The notes under the pieces are model-generated. The model searched no databases and was not told the DNA's origin. It was given only the letters and a program-made list of their open reading frames with translations. From positions 1-64,000 of the IMG/VR virus record IMGVR_UViG_3300036399_001951: a DNA stretch of 64,000 nucleotides; one strand, given 5' to 3'. Numbering within the stretch: the stretch's first letter is position 1; every line of letters starts with the position of its first letter. A program made the translations under genes and the position numbers. Source of the DNA: a virus. Positions 26,636-37,336 of the stretch are shown piece after piece.

Positions 26636-28738
26636 ATGGCTGTTACTCCACTAATTAAACCAATACAAAATAAGAAAGGCATATTTTATACCTTTCAAAG
26701 TGCCCTTGAGGACATTAATATTTCTATTGCAAATGGAGAAAACGCGGTAAGATTTTCTAAATTTGCTCTTCTTAGAATACCTGAAATAGGCGTTCCTGAT
26801 TCCCCAGCAACAGATAATAAATTTCAATTCTTAGCACAGGGAGAATCTACTTTAATTGAAGGCTTAAATACAGATCAGAATATAAATTTAGCTCAAAGTT
26901 TTCAGAGCTATGCTCTTAATATGGAGGCTCTATTGTTGAGTCGTCCACAATACGAAAGAGATCAAAAATTAACGGTAGCTGAAAGAGTTTTTTGGAAATG
27001 GTTAAAGGAAACTGGGTCTATTAGATTTAGAGACGCAAATAATCTGGAAAAAAATCTAAATACTTTAGGTACTGCAAAAAGATTCGTTGAGGAATTTTCT
27101 CCAAATAACACTTATAAAAGAGTAGTGCAATATGTAGGAGAAATCGATGTAGTAAATACAATTAAATCCAAAGACAATGCATATACTGAAATATACATAC
27201 ATGTACCAACCAACGTTGGAAATACTACTCATGTACTTTTTAAATCTGTAAGTGATTCAAATTATTTTCCAAATTTAACGGTTGCAAATAATTCAGCCGA
27301 TCCATTAAACATTGAATACTTATCAGGTAGAAAATACAATGAGACACATCCATTTGGATTATCAGTAAAAGCATATTACGATTTAGATGATTCTAGTGTA
27401 TATAGTGAAATTGCTACCACTTACGGAGGGACTGCTACTCCAAGCAATTGGTTTAACCAGTCTATTAGAAATTCTTACTATACTGATAATGTAGACCTAT
27501 CTGGACAATATGATGTTGCAAAAAATCAATATATATCTAAGCAATTAGGACCTACTAATGTTGAATACGTTAGAAGTACCTTAGATGGAATAACACTAGA
27601 CTTTGATTTAAAGAACTATAAACTTGCATCTGAAAATCCTAGTATACAAGTATTTTCTCAATTTAATGATTATATTGCAAATAAAGATTTTCAGTTCAAT
27701 GCAGTTTTAGTTTATTATGATGTATATGATCCTAATAATCTAGACACCAGTGGAAACCCAGTAAATATTGAAACTAATTTATATGGAGTTCTATTCTTAG
27801 ATAAAATTGAACAGGACGGATTGGAATTTATTATTCCTCCAATTACTAAATATAAGCCAGATCCTCTAAATAAGATTAACGGTAATTCTTTTGCCTATAA
27901 ATTAAATCTTAAATTAGACACATCTATTGAAAACGTATTGGTTGAAAAATCAATAAACGATTATTCTACCTTTTCATTAGATTTATTTACAGATGTACTC
28001 ACTGAGTTTAGACAGATTCAAACCAGATTAAATGATAAGATTCTTGAATTAGATCAATTAGCACAAGATGTAAATTCTTTAAAGGATCTCTTTTTAAATT
28101 CTCAAGATCAAAATGAATTAAACATTAGAATATCTAATATTGAAACCTCTCTTCAGGAAAATCAAGCAATCTTTAATAATACTGGAGAATTAATGAGAAT
28201 GATTGAAAACAATCACGATAGGATAAATGATATCCTAAATGGAAATACTAATATTGAGATTTCATATAATTCAGATATAATCAGAGCAGGAAAAGGAATT
28301 GCTCTAGATAGAAGAACCCCTAATCGAGTAAAAGTAGAAAATAATAGTCAGGGATATAATATATCAAATACTTCTATTGTTAATCTGTTTAATTTTAATA
28401 TAATTCAATTAGGTGATTTTACTAATTATGTAAGACATGAGAATGGTGGAAACATAATTACATTAAGCAGAGACCTGGAAATTTTTATTGACGATTCAAT
28501 ATCTCAGTGGAAAAAAGGTCAGGTAATGAGAATAGTTTTTTCTGACGAATTAGATGTAGATATTTATGATATTAAAATTAAAACCGATGCTTTAAATAAA
28601 TTAAACAATGGAGTATATGGAAAAACAATTGGTATTTTAAACGATTTAGATTTCTCAGGAGCCGACAATAAACCAATTTTTGAAATAGTTTGTATCAATT
28701 CAGAACTATTACAATTTAAAATAGATAAAATAAGATAA
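26636..28738 (+). CDS. Putative virion structural protein with coiled coil
   Basis: 700 aa, late operon, heptad segment near residues 460-530. Confidence 0.55.
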   Translation: MAVTPLIKPIQNKKGIFYTFQSALEDINISIANGENAVRFSKFALLRIPEIGVPDSPATDNKFQFLAQGESTLIEGLNTDQNINLAQSFQSYALNMEALLLSRPQYERDQKLTVAERVFWKWLKETGSIRFRDANNLEKNLNTLGTAKRFVEEFSPNNTYKRVVQYVGEIDVVNTIKSKDNAYTEIYIHVPTNVGNTTHVLFKSVSDSNYFPNLTVANNSADPLNIEYLSGRKYNETHPFGLSVKAYYDLDDSSVYSEIATTYGGTATPSNWFNQSIRNSYYTDNVDLSGQYDVAKNQYISKQLGPTNVEYVRSTLDGITLDFDLKNYKLASENPSIQVFSQFNDYIANKDFQFNAVLVYYDVYDPNNLDTSGNPVNIETNLYGVLFLDKIEQDGLEFIIPPITKYKPDPLNKINGNSFAYKLNLKLDTSIENVLVEKSINDYSTFSLDLFTDVLTEFRQIQTRLNDKILELDQLAQDVNSLKDLFLNSQDQNELNIRISNIETSLQENQAIFNNTGELMRMIENNHDRINDILNGNTNIEISYNSDIIRAGKGIALDRRTPNRVKVENNSQGYNISNTSIVNLFNFNIIQLGDFTNYVRHENGGNIITLSRDLEIFIDDSISQWKKGQVMRIVFSDELDVDIYDIKIKTDALNKLNNGVYGKTIGILNDLDFSGADNKPIFEIVCINSELLQFKIDKIR

Positions 28739-28739
28739 A

Positions 28740-31700
28740 ATGGCAGGATCAAAGAACACTCTTTCAGATTTACTAAGTAGGCTTGTTATCGATGTCGATA
28801 ACATGAATGCGTTTTTGTATAGTCTACAGAATATACTAGAATCGCAGTCTGAAAATGTATCAATTTCTCAAACCTTAAATGATGGCACTAAAACTATTAT
28901 AAATGTTCCATCTTTTGGATACATGAAAGGTAAAATAGACGCTCTTAATTCTCAATTTGATACTTTAATTTCTGCTAATGATAATGTAATTGGAATAAAA
29001 TCTTCAAATGGAGATGTTAGAAAATTTGAATTAAAAAAGGTTTCTAAATTAATTCAAGAATTAGAGGAAATTAAATCAACCTCCTTTACCTTACCCACTA
29101 CTTTTGGAATTAAAAACAATTGGTTTTTTGAATCTTTCTTAAATCCATTGTTATTTGTTGCTGTCGATGTTTCTACTATTTTAACTGATGATATTGATAA
29201 ATTTTCAATAAAAAGAGTAATAGTTAATTCAATCGACGATGATGTTCTTCAATATTTTGATGATACATATAAAAATGTAAATAATATAATTCTAGATGAT
29301 TTAATCTCAGATCTTCAAGAAAGAGCAATTGATTTCTTTGAAGATGATAATGTCATTGAAATGGAGCCAGCGGTTAATAGATTTAAAGGATCGTTTGATG
29401 TAACTAGAATTTTAGATGAAACTGTACCCCAAACAATAACCTCAACTGGAGAAGTAGTATCAGTAGCCAGAAGAAGATATACTTTAAATATATTAACGTA
29501 TACCGATATATTAGACGGTACTAATAATACTAAATTTTTATCTGAGGGTGACGTTGTAATTACAGATAATGATTCTGAATATAAAGTTCTATCAGTTGAT
29601 CGAACTAATTCAGAAGCTGTTCTAGAAAGAATATTTGGGATTGAGCCAATTACTATTGGAGCAGGCGTATTAAGAATTAAACCTGTTCCATATAGAGTTC
29701 CTGCTTTACAAATTAATGTTGGATATAACGAACGTGAAGTTGTATTTGTGAGACCAATTAGTAAAGCTAGTAATATAACAATAGATGATTATTCTAATGG
29801 TTTTGGTATATTTACTAATGATTTAACTATTACATTAGAGGACGATAGTACATCTACCTTAGAAAGCTATTATAATAATTTCGTGGCAGATTTTGGACTA
29901 ATCCTATTAAATGCCGCAAAAGAAAGAAAACTACCTGCTATTTTAGCTGAGACTCCAACTTCACCTACATTAACTGTTGAAGATTTTAAAGTAGTTCAAA
30001 TAGATCAGCACATTAAAGAAGATGAAGATGCCACTACGGTTTCTAATCAAATTGCTCAAAAAGAGAACCTTAAAAGTCAAATTAAGGAAAATCTAAAAGA
30101 AATAGATTCCCTAAAGGCCCAATTAAATAATACTCAAAAGAATCAATCTGAGAAAAATAGGATTGAGAAAAAAATTAAAACATCAACTGATAAAAGAGCT
30201 ACTCTACAGACTCAGTTAAATACAACGGTTAAAGGAATAACTAATTTAATTAGTACTACTCCGGCATTTATTCAATCTGCAAAATATCGAGTAAGAGGAT
30301 TTTGGCCTATTCCCGATGCAAAGCAGAACAGATACGGAAAACAAGAAGTAGTTCAATTTAAAGTTCGATATAGATATTTAAGTAAAAAGGGAACTGCTCC
30401 AAATGCTGAACAGAGTAAAGTAACTCAAGCAGATGCTAGCGTAAAACTAGCCTCATTTTCTCCTTGGACTGAAGAATTAACTAAGCCTAGAACTAAAGAA
30501 TTAGATAATACAACAGGTCTTTATATTTGGAAAACTGAAGATATATCTAGCTCAGAAGAGATTAATATAAACCAGCTAGACATTGCAATTAGAAAGGGAG
30601 AAACTGTAGAAATTCAAGTTAAATCTGTTTCCGAAGCAGGCTGGCCAGATAACCCAGTTGAATCTGAGTGGTCAACTGCTGTTCAGATACCTTTTCCTGA
30701 TGATATTGAATCGGCTGAAGAGGCAACTATATTATCTCAAAAAACTTTTGCCGAAGAGGCTAGACTAGATTTTGAAGATGAGTTAAATTCTAGAGGATTG
30801 GATCTACATCTTCAAAATCAATTTACCACTGGAGAAAGATTTTTTGCACATAAGGCAAATGATATAACTAGCGGATTTTTTACTACTGAAGGTAGTGTAA
30901 TTGATCTTTTTGAACAATTACAATCTTATAAGACTCAAATTGACGCTCTAAGAGAAGCCATTACTCAAGATAGAGGAAAAATAAAGGTTTCAGTTATTGA
31001 TCCTTTAGGAAATGTATCTGAAGTTAAAAATGGAGATACAATTGATCTATTTGCTGGATATTATAGAGATGATATTATAGATACATCGGGTCCATCTATT
31101 GTTTACAATGAAGGCCGACCTGTAACTAAGAGATACATCATTTCAATTAGTAACACATCGGCAAATCCATTAGAACTAGTGGCACTATTACAAGGTGGGA
31201 TAGAAGAAGTTGCACCTACCTCGAATCCAATTGCAAATCCAGATTCAGATTATCATGTAAATAGAAGATATGATTTGATTCCTCTTTCAATTGGAGCTGC
31301 TACTTCAGGAGATATTGCAGATCCATTTAATCAACCTGGATATCAATCCTCTCAAGTACAGGGTCAATACATCTATAATAGATATAGAAATTATGGATTA
31401 TCTGAATCAATGTATTCATTTTATCCAGGATCAAACACTGCATATACTCCTCTTGCATCGCCTGGATATAATGCCGGAGGAATTGTCGTAGGCTCAGATC
31501 GAGTTCCTCTTTCATGGGGACACTATTTGCCATTTAAACCAGAAGATGCTGTTCCTCTTTATCCAAATGGAGGCACCTCAGCTAATATTTGGAACGGAAC
31601 TACCAATGGAGCAGGACTTCCAATAGGTAGTGGATATATAAGCGAATTCTGTATCCATAAAGATCACCCATCTATTGCTAATTTAGGAGTTTCCTTCGAT

Positions 31701-32345
31701 GTATCAGTAGGTACAAATTTAAATGATTTAATTTTACCAGTATTTAAACAAAACACTGCACCTCCTGTTATAGACTCAGACGCAACTCAAGTTGCACTTC
31801 TATTTGCGCAAGCTGTACATTCTGAGTCGTCTAAAGATGAAAATACTAGCGTGCTTGGATTAAATTATCTTATTCAAGCAAGTAGAGAAACTTCTGATTT
31901 AGTAGCATCTAATGATAACACATTAAGAAGAGCAAATAATTATCCTATCAAACTAGGATATAATCCAGATGACGAATATCTAATTGGAAAATATACATGT
32001 GGCTCATATCTATATGTTTTTCCAGATTCATATTCTAACATATCTGTTGAGGGAAATCATCCTAGCCTGTCTAGTAAGAAAGTAGAATTTGGAACAGAAC
32101 AATCCATAAATATTCCAGTTCTATTTCAATACAGATGCTCTGATAAATTAGGAAATATTGGAGGATATAGATTAGGAACTTCACTAAATAATATAACTTA
32201 CGCTAAAAAAATTGGAATAGACATCTTCTTAAAGAATGAAGGTCCTTTTTCTTTTGATTTAGTCGTATCTACTAAATATAAGAAAGAAACAACTTTAGCT
32301 GCCCCAATTGTTCCATCTAGAGGAGTTGTCAATGTAACTTTTTAA
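28740..32345 (+). CDS. Large virion structural protein (coiled coil plus FN3-like region)
   Basis: 1201 aa; long coiled coil; VEIQVKSVSEAGWP...SEWS FN3-like end. Confidence 0.55.
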   Translation: MAGSKNTLSDLLSRLVIDVDNMNAFLYSLQNILESQSENVSISQTLNDGTKTIINVPSFGYMKGKIDALNSQFDTLISANDNVIGIKSSNGDVRKFELKKVSKLIQELEEIKSTSFTLPTTFGIKNNWFFESFLNPLLFVAVDVSTILTDDIDKFSIKRVIVNSIDDDVLQYFDDTYKNVNNIILDDLISDLQERAIDFFEDDNVIEMEPAVNRFKGSFDVTRILDETVPQTITSTGEVVSVARRRYTLNILTYTDILDGTNNTKFLSEGDVVITDNDSEYKVLSVDRTNSEAVLERIFGIEPITIGAGVLRIKPVPYRVPALQINVGYNEREVVFVRPISKASNITIDDYSNGFGIFTNDLTITLEDDSTSTLESYYNNFVADFGLILLNAAKERKLPAILAETPTSPTLTVEDFKVVQIDQHIKEDEDATTVSNQIAQKENLKSQIKENLKEIDSLKAQLNNTQKNQSEKNRIEKKIKTSTDKRATLQTQLNTTVKGITNLISTTPAFIQSAKYRVRGFWPIPDAKQNRYGKQEVVQFKVRYRYLSKKGTAPNAEQSKVTQADASVKLASFSPWTEELTKPRTKELDNTTGLYIWKTEDISSSEEININQLDIAIRKGETVEIQVKSVSEAGWPDNPVESEWSTAVQIPFPDDIESAEEATILSQKTFAEEARLDFEDELNSRGLDLHLQNQFTTGERFFAHKANDITSGFFTTEGSVIDLFEQLQSYKTQIDALREAITQDRGKIKVSVIDPLGNVSEVKNGDTIDLFAGYYRDDIIDTSGPSIVYNEGRPVTKRYIISISNTSANPLELVALLQGGIEEVAPTSNPIANPDSDYHVNRRYDLIPLSIGAATSGDIADPFNQPGYQSSQVQGQYIYNRYRNYGLSESMYSFYPGSNTAYTPLASPGYNAGGIVVGSDRVPLSWGHYLPFKPEDAVPLYPNGGTSANIWNGTTNGAGLPIGSGYISEFCIHKDHPSIANLGVSFDVSVGTNLNDLILPVFKQNTAPPVIDSDATQVALLFAQAVHSESSKDENTSVLGLNYLIQASRETSDLVASNDNTLRRANNYPIKLGYNPDDEYLIGKYTCGSYLYVFPDSYSNISVEGNHPSLSSKKVEFGTEQSINIPVLFQYRCSDKLGNIGGYRLGTSLNNITYAKKIGIDIFLKNEGPFSFDLVVSTKYKKETTLAAPIVPSRGVVNVTF

Positions 32346-32354
32346 TGATATAAA

Positions 32355-35300
32355 ATGGCAGAAATAAAATATTCTAAAATATTAGATGACACTGCAAGTT
32401 TTCAATTAGTAAGAACCAATCCTAAATTAACAGGTAATGTTAAGTTTACGGTAGATTCTTTTGATAACATGTGGTTGAATACTATCGACGCAAATGAAGA
32501 ATTGGCTAAAGATCAATACAAGAGAGTTGCTATTGATCCTACTAAATCTTTGTCAGCAAACATGTATCGACTATTAAATTCAGGTCAAACTCCAAGAGAG
32601 ATAGTATTTGATTTAAAGGAGTCATTTGAAGCAGATCGAACATCAACTGATTTTAAAGATCAGTACGATTTTTCTAATTATTTTAGCGGAGCTAAATATT
32701 TAGTTAGCAGAAGATATTCTGAAAAATTATCTTATTTTGCACCTCTATATTTAAAAAAAGAGGTTCCAGACTATTTTATTGTTCTCAAAATAAAGGATCC
32801 AATAAATAAAAAAATAGATCAATTAGAAGAAGAATATCCGTATGACCGTGAGTCTTACATGAGAGAAACCTTTAAAAATTCTAAGATAATTAAGACCTTT
32901 AACCTAAAAAAAGGAACAAAGGTAGGGGACTATCTTAGAAATTATGTAAATTCTGAATCTTTTCCACCCTCTTCACTAAACGTTTCATATCAAGAAGGAA
33001 ACCTTACTTATTGGAACGGAATATTGTATGATTCTGGAGTAATTGGATCTAGAGGTGAAAATTTATATGAATTCTATCAACAGTCAAATCCTCTTAAATT
33101 TTTTGAAGAATTTATTACTGGCGGATTTGAGAGAAATGGAGTTATTTACCCTAATATTTTGAATATGGAATTCATATTCGATGATCCAACTGAACCTGAT
33201 TTATATGATTTTGATAGATATATTGGATTCTATGTAAATGCAATAGAATTAACTAAATTGGATATAGACCTAGATCGAATGTATGACGAAAGAGGATCGT
33301 GGGAAAATACTCCTAGATTAAGAAGAGAAACTTTTGAATGGGAACAAATTCAAGTGACTCAATCTAACTTAAATGGTACAATTGTTCCGGTTAAAAACTC
33401 TAACATTTATTTTTCAGATCTTGAAGATTCCTTTTCTGATAAAGAGAATTTATTTTTTAATTACTTAATTGATAAATTTGATCAGTTACATTTGTTAAAA
33501 TTAGATTCTTCTTGGGAAATTGACTATAGTCCAGCTAGCTTAGAATTAAAATCAGCTAAGCTTAGACTCGCTGATACTAAAATAGATTTTGGAAATCTAT
33601 TTGGCCCATATCAAGTATTTGTGCAGGATAAAGCAAATTCAACTCAAATTAGAGGATTCTCAACCCAACATCTAAAAATAGATCAATTTAATCACTTAGA
33701 TGAAATTAAAATATATCATCCGCTTGGAACAAAATCTGATTTAAACGGAAAATTTGACTTAATCAGGGCTGCGTTTTCATACTCTGAGGTTCCTAACCCT
33801 GGGGACGCGTATATTTATAATGATATAGACGGAGTTATTGGCGAAGATATATTTTACTTTAACCCCACTGGTCTGGTAAAAGAAAAAACATCTGCTATTG
33901 CAACTTGCATAAACGCAATTAGAAATCTTCCATTGAAAGCATACGCAATTAATGAATATATTTTTATTAAAGCTAATTCTCCTGGAGAATTTGATTCTTC
34001 CTTTAAAATAGAATTTAGATCTCCTCTTAATGTTTATTCAAATATTACAATTGGAGGCATTACTGGAAACAATTTAATAGGTAATTTAATTAATTTTGAA
34101 GGAGGATCTAGAGAAAGTGGAAACAGATTAATATTAAGCAATGATAATTATACTAGAATAAAAGAAAATCTAGATAATATTTTGGTTAAAACAGTTGAAG
34201 GTTGGTCGAAGATAAGAAAAATATCTAGATATCAAGATACTATTTCTGAAAAGAATACTTTAACTGAATTATCCAGAACTGAAGTGATATCAGATTATTT
34301 TAGTAAAATGGTTATAACATTAGATTTAGATGTTGAACCTCAAATCACTTACGCAGAGTGCTCTATATTTAGAAAGTATCAACCTGGATTAGGTCTAATA
34401 TCCTTCTTTCCAATCAAAGATTTTGATTTTGATTTTTATTCAAGTGAATATTTAAATTTTCCTGTTATCGATTTATATAAAGATTATTTTATTCCACCTG
34501 AGGTAAAATTATTAGATCATAATTATACATATGAAATTATTGGAGATGGGAAAATTTCAATTAATGGAGTTACATACTCAACTGGAACACCGATTATATT
34601 AGCACCTTCAACTGAAAAATATTCATATTCAATATTATCTGGTGATGTATACGTCTCTTACTTAAATGATACATCTACACCTGGAGCAAGGTTAGACGTT
34701 GCAATAAATGACCAGAATAGAGAACTTCAAGAATTTCCAGGATTCTTCTTATTAAAGGATCCAGATCTAGTAGTTCCAGAACAGCAAGGTAGATTTTTTG
34801 AACTTAGGAAAAAATATTTAAATGGACTAGCCTCAAATGAGTATGATTACTATAAAGAAAATTATAATACAGATTTTGCTCTTAGATCTAAAATGTTACC
34901 GTATATTACGAAATGGATAATTTCAAATGGAAAGGATTCTAGGGACAATTTCTATAGATTAAATTCAGAATTAGTATTTGGGTTTAATAACTTTTCTCCC
35001 GATCACGAGGACAGGTCACAAAATCCAGATAACTTTACTCATGAGTGGTTCTATATAGAATCTAATTTTAATTATCTAGAGGATCCATCTACTGTTTTCT
35101 TAAATAATAGTTATTTTGATCAGCCATTTGATTTAAATAGGGCCCTAACAGAGAAGGATTATTTTGTAAATTATTTTACATATACACCAACATTTAATGG
35201 CTCTGAAGTAGGAAGAACGCAATTTAGATATTCTCCAATAAATAAAGATTTTTTAAATGAATTTTCTTGCTTCTTTAAAGGTTTTAAAATAAATTTTAAA

Positions 35301-37334
35301 GAATACATCGATCCAAATAATTTAGATAATGCAGGTATACCTATTCCAAATCCTAACTCAACTAGATTTAAGGATTATAGATTCACTAGCTTGCTAAAAT
35401 TGGTTAAAGAGAAAATAAATGATGATACTAAACCTCCTCTAAACTATAGATTTATAGAGCATAAGGATTTTAAATTTGTTATTTTATTAATTGAATTAAA
35501 CATCGGAGACATTTCACAGGTAGACGATTATTGGAAGGAAGTGCAATCGGCTCCAACTACAACATCGCCTGTTGATAGAAATAATTTTTTAAATTCAGAT
35601 CCTAATTTAAGTTCTGCTTATGTATTTGATTCAATAAATGGAGAATACAGAATTAAATTTAAAACAATTGATGGAATAAATATATCTGATATTACTCATT
35701 TAAGTCTTTATTCTTTAAAAAATAAAAAATTTAATAATTTATTAGATAATTATTCTAACATCAAGCTTTCTCAAAAAATAAACTTAAGCGCATCAGGTGC
35801 TTTCACCTCGGGTGGAAATGATATCGAAGGGCTTAGTAATTTAAATTTTCTAAATTATGATTCTAGAATATCCGATGAATTTAAAAGATTCACTGATTCT
35901 ACCTTCTTAATCGGAAGGAATAACTTTTTAAACGTAGATCAGTTTTTAGATTTTGCACCTGGATTAATTCCTCAAAATACTAGTAAAATAATATCGTCCT
36001 CTTTAAAATCAATTAGTTTATCAACTAATTCAGACATTGCACTAGTAGATGAATTAGGTGTTCCCGCCTTTACCATACCGGCAGCAGTTCCTGCTTCTTA
36101 TTTTAGAAACAATTATACTTTTAAAATAATGACAGGTGGTAAACTATATTTTGAATCCCTATTTCAAAAATTATCTTTTGGGGAATTTAAAAGACTTACT
36201 AATTCATTGAATCCGTTCATTGAGTATTCCTCTTATAGTTTAAATGGATCTACTCTCACTCAGGATTCTGATGTAAATTGGTATATTAATATTCCTAATT
36301 ATTCTAATATTACTAAAGTTGACGCAATTATAGCTCAGCCTGACGCTAATAAACCTTCTAATTTTTCATTTAGTTCTCTAGTTGGATTCTCATATCAAAG
36401 ATCTCAATTGGACAATCCATATGAAATTAATAGATATGAAGGAGGATTTTCTCCATTATTCAAAGATGTATCTGCCTTTAAATCAAACCAAATATTTATA
36501 AGTAATTCAATCTCTGATCTAGAGAATGCAAATACTAGATTTAATTTAGAGCTTCCTGATTTCTTAAAAATTATAAACTTTAATCATATTAAAATTTCAG
36601 ATAATAAGATATTAGACTTAGAATCGGATCAAATATTTGAACCTAAATATGAATTGGTAAATGAAATCGCAATTGGAAGAGCAGATTATGATCTTCTACA
36701 GTCTAATTGGGATTTTGGATTTCATTATAAATATTCTGATAAGTCCACTAAGAAAGCGGTGCCCGGCACTCTTAGAATAGAGGAAGATGATTCCTTTATT
36801 TCTAAATTAATAAATCTTCGAGATGAAATAGAATTAGAAAATTATTCGACTCAAATATTTACTGATCTAAATCAAATTAATTTAGATGATATAGAGTTAG
36901 CCTATGTAGATAATCCTAGAGAAATTGAAGGCTATATTAACATTAAAAACGTTCTAACTTCATTTTTAATATCCGATGGAATATCAGAAAAATTTAATGA
37001 ATTTTTAGTTAACAGTGTTGATTACATTGGAAATAATAATTCAATTGAAAGTTACACAGTTCAATATATTAAATTAAATATTATAAAACTTTACAACATT
37101 AATGGAGTAGAATTATATACCAAATCTATTGGTAATACTTCAACTGAAACAGGAAATCCAAATACTATTGAATTTGAATTTTTAAATGATCAGCAGCGCA
37201 ATGATTTAGGATATACATTGAATAGAAATTTACAAATAAATAAAACTGACAGATTTATACTTAAGTTTAAATTTAATAAGAATTTTAACAACGGGTTATC
37301 AATAAGTCCAAAGGTAAAAATTAAATTGATATAA
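32355..37334 (+). CDS. Very large virion structural protein (1659 aa)
   Basis: Long uninterrupted ORF in the late operon; no family recognised. Confidence 0.55.
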   Translation: MAEIKYSKILDDTASFQLVRTNPKLTGNVKFTVDSFDNMWLNTIDANEELAKDQYKRVAIDPTKSLSANMYRLLNSGQTPREIVFDLKESFEADRTSTDFKDQYDFSNYFSGAKYLVSRRYSEKLSYFAPLYLKKEVPDYFIVLKIKDPINKKIDQLEEEYPYDRESYMRETFKNSKIIKTFNLKKGTKVGDYLRNYVNSESFPPSSLNVSYQEGNLTYWNGILYDSGVIGSRGENLYEFYQQSNPLKFFEEFITGGFERNGVIYPNILNMEFIFDDPTEPDLYDFDRYIGFYVNAIELTKLDIDLDRMYDERGSWENTPRLRRETFEWEQIQVTQSNLNGTIVPVKNSNIYFSDLEDSFSDKENLFFNYLIDKFDQLHLLKLDSSWEIDYSPASLELKSAKLRLADTKIDFGNLFGPYQVFVQDKANSTQIRGFSTQHLKIDQFNHLDEIKIYHPLGTKSDLNGKFDLIRAAFSYSEVPNPGDAYIYNDIDGVIGEDIFYFNPTGLVKEKTSAIATCINAIRNLPLKAYAINEYIFIKANSPGEFDSSFKIEFRSPLNVYSNITIGGITGNNLIGNLINFEGGSRESGNRLILSNDNYTRIKENLDNILVKTVEGWSKIRKISRYQDTISEKNTLTELSRTEVISDYFSKMVITLDLDVEPQITYAECSIFRKYQPGLGLISFFPIKDFDFDFYSSEYLNFPVIDLYKDYFIPPEVKLLDHNYTYEIIGDGKISINGVTYSTGTPIILAPSTEKYSYSILSGDVYVSYLNDTSTPGARLDVAINDQNRELQEFPGFFLLKDPDLVVPEQQGRFFELRKKYLNGLASNEYDYYKENYNTDFALRSKMLPYITKWIISNGKDSRDNFYRLNSELVFGFNNFSPDHEDRSQNPDNFTHEWFYIESNFNYLEDPSTVFLNNSYFDQPFDLNRALTEKDYFVNYFTYTPTFNGSEVGRTQFRYSPINKDFLNEFSCFFKGFKINFKEYIDPNNLDNAGIPIPNPNSTRFKDYRFTSLLKLVKEKINDDTKPPLNYRFIEHKDFKFVILLIELNIGDISQVDDYWKEVQSAPTTTSPVDRNNFLNSDPNLSSAYVFDSINGEYRIKFKTIDGINISDITHLSLYSLKNKKFNNLLDNYSNIKLSQKINLSASGAFTSGGNDIEGLSNLNFLNYDSRISDEFKRFTDSTFLIGRNNFLNVDQFLDFAPGLIPQNTSKIISSSLKSISLSTNSDIALVDELGVPAFTIPAAVPASYFRNNYTFKIMTGGKLYFESLFQKLSFGEFKRLTNSLNPFIEYSSYSLNGSTLTQDSDVNWYINIPNYSNITKVDAIIAQPDANKPSNFSFSSLVGFSYQRSQLDNPYEINRYEGGFSPLFKDVSAFKSNQIFISNSISDLENANTRFNLELPDFLKIINFNHIKISDNKILDLESDQIFEPKYELVNEIAIGRADYDLLQSNWDFGFHYKYSDKSTKKAVPGTLRIEEDDSFISKLINLRDEIELENYSTQIFTDLNQINLDDIELAYVDNPREIEGYINIKNVLTSFLISDGISEKFNEFLVNSVDYIGNNNSIESYTVQYIKLNIIKLYNINGVELYTKSIGNTSTETGNPNTIEFEFLNDQQRNDLGYTLNRNLQINKTDRFILKFKFNKNFNNGLSISPKVKIKLI

Positions 37335-37336
37335 TA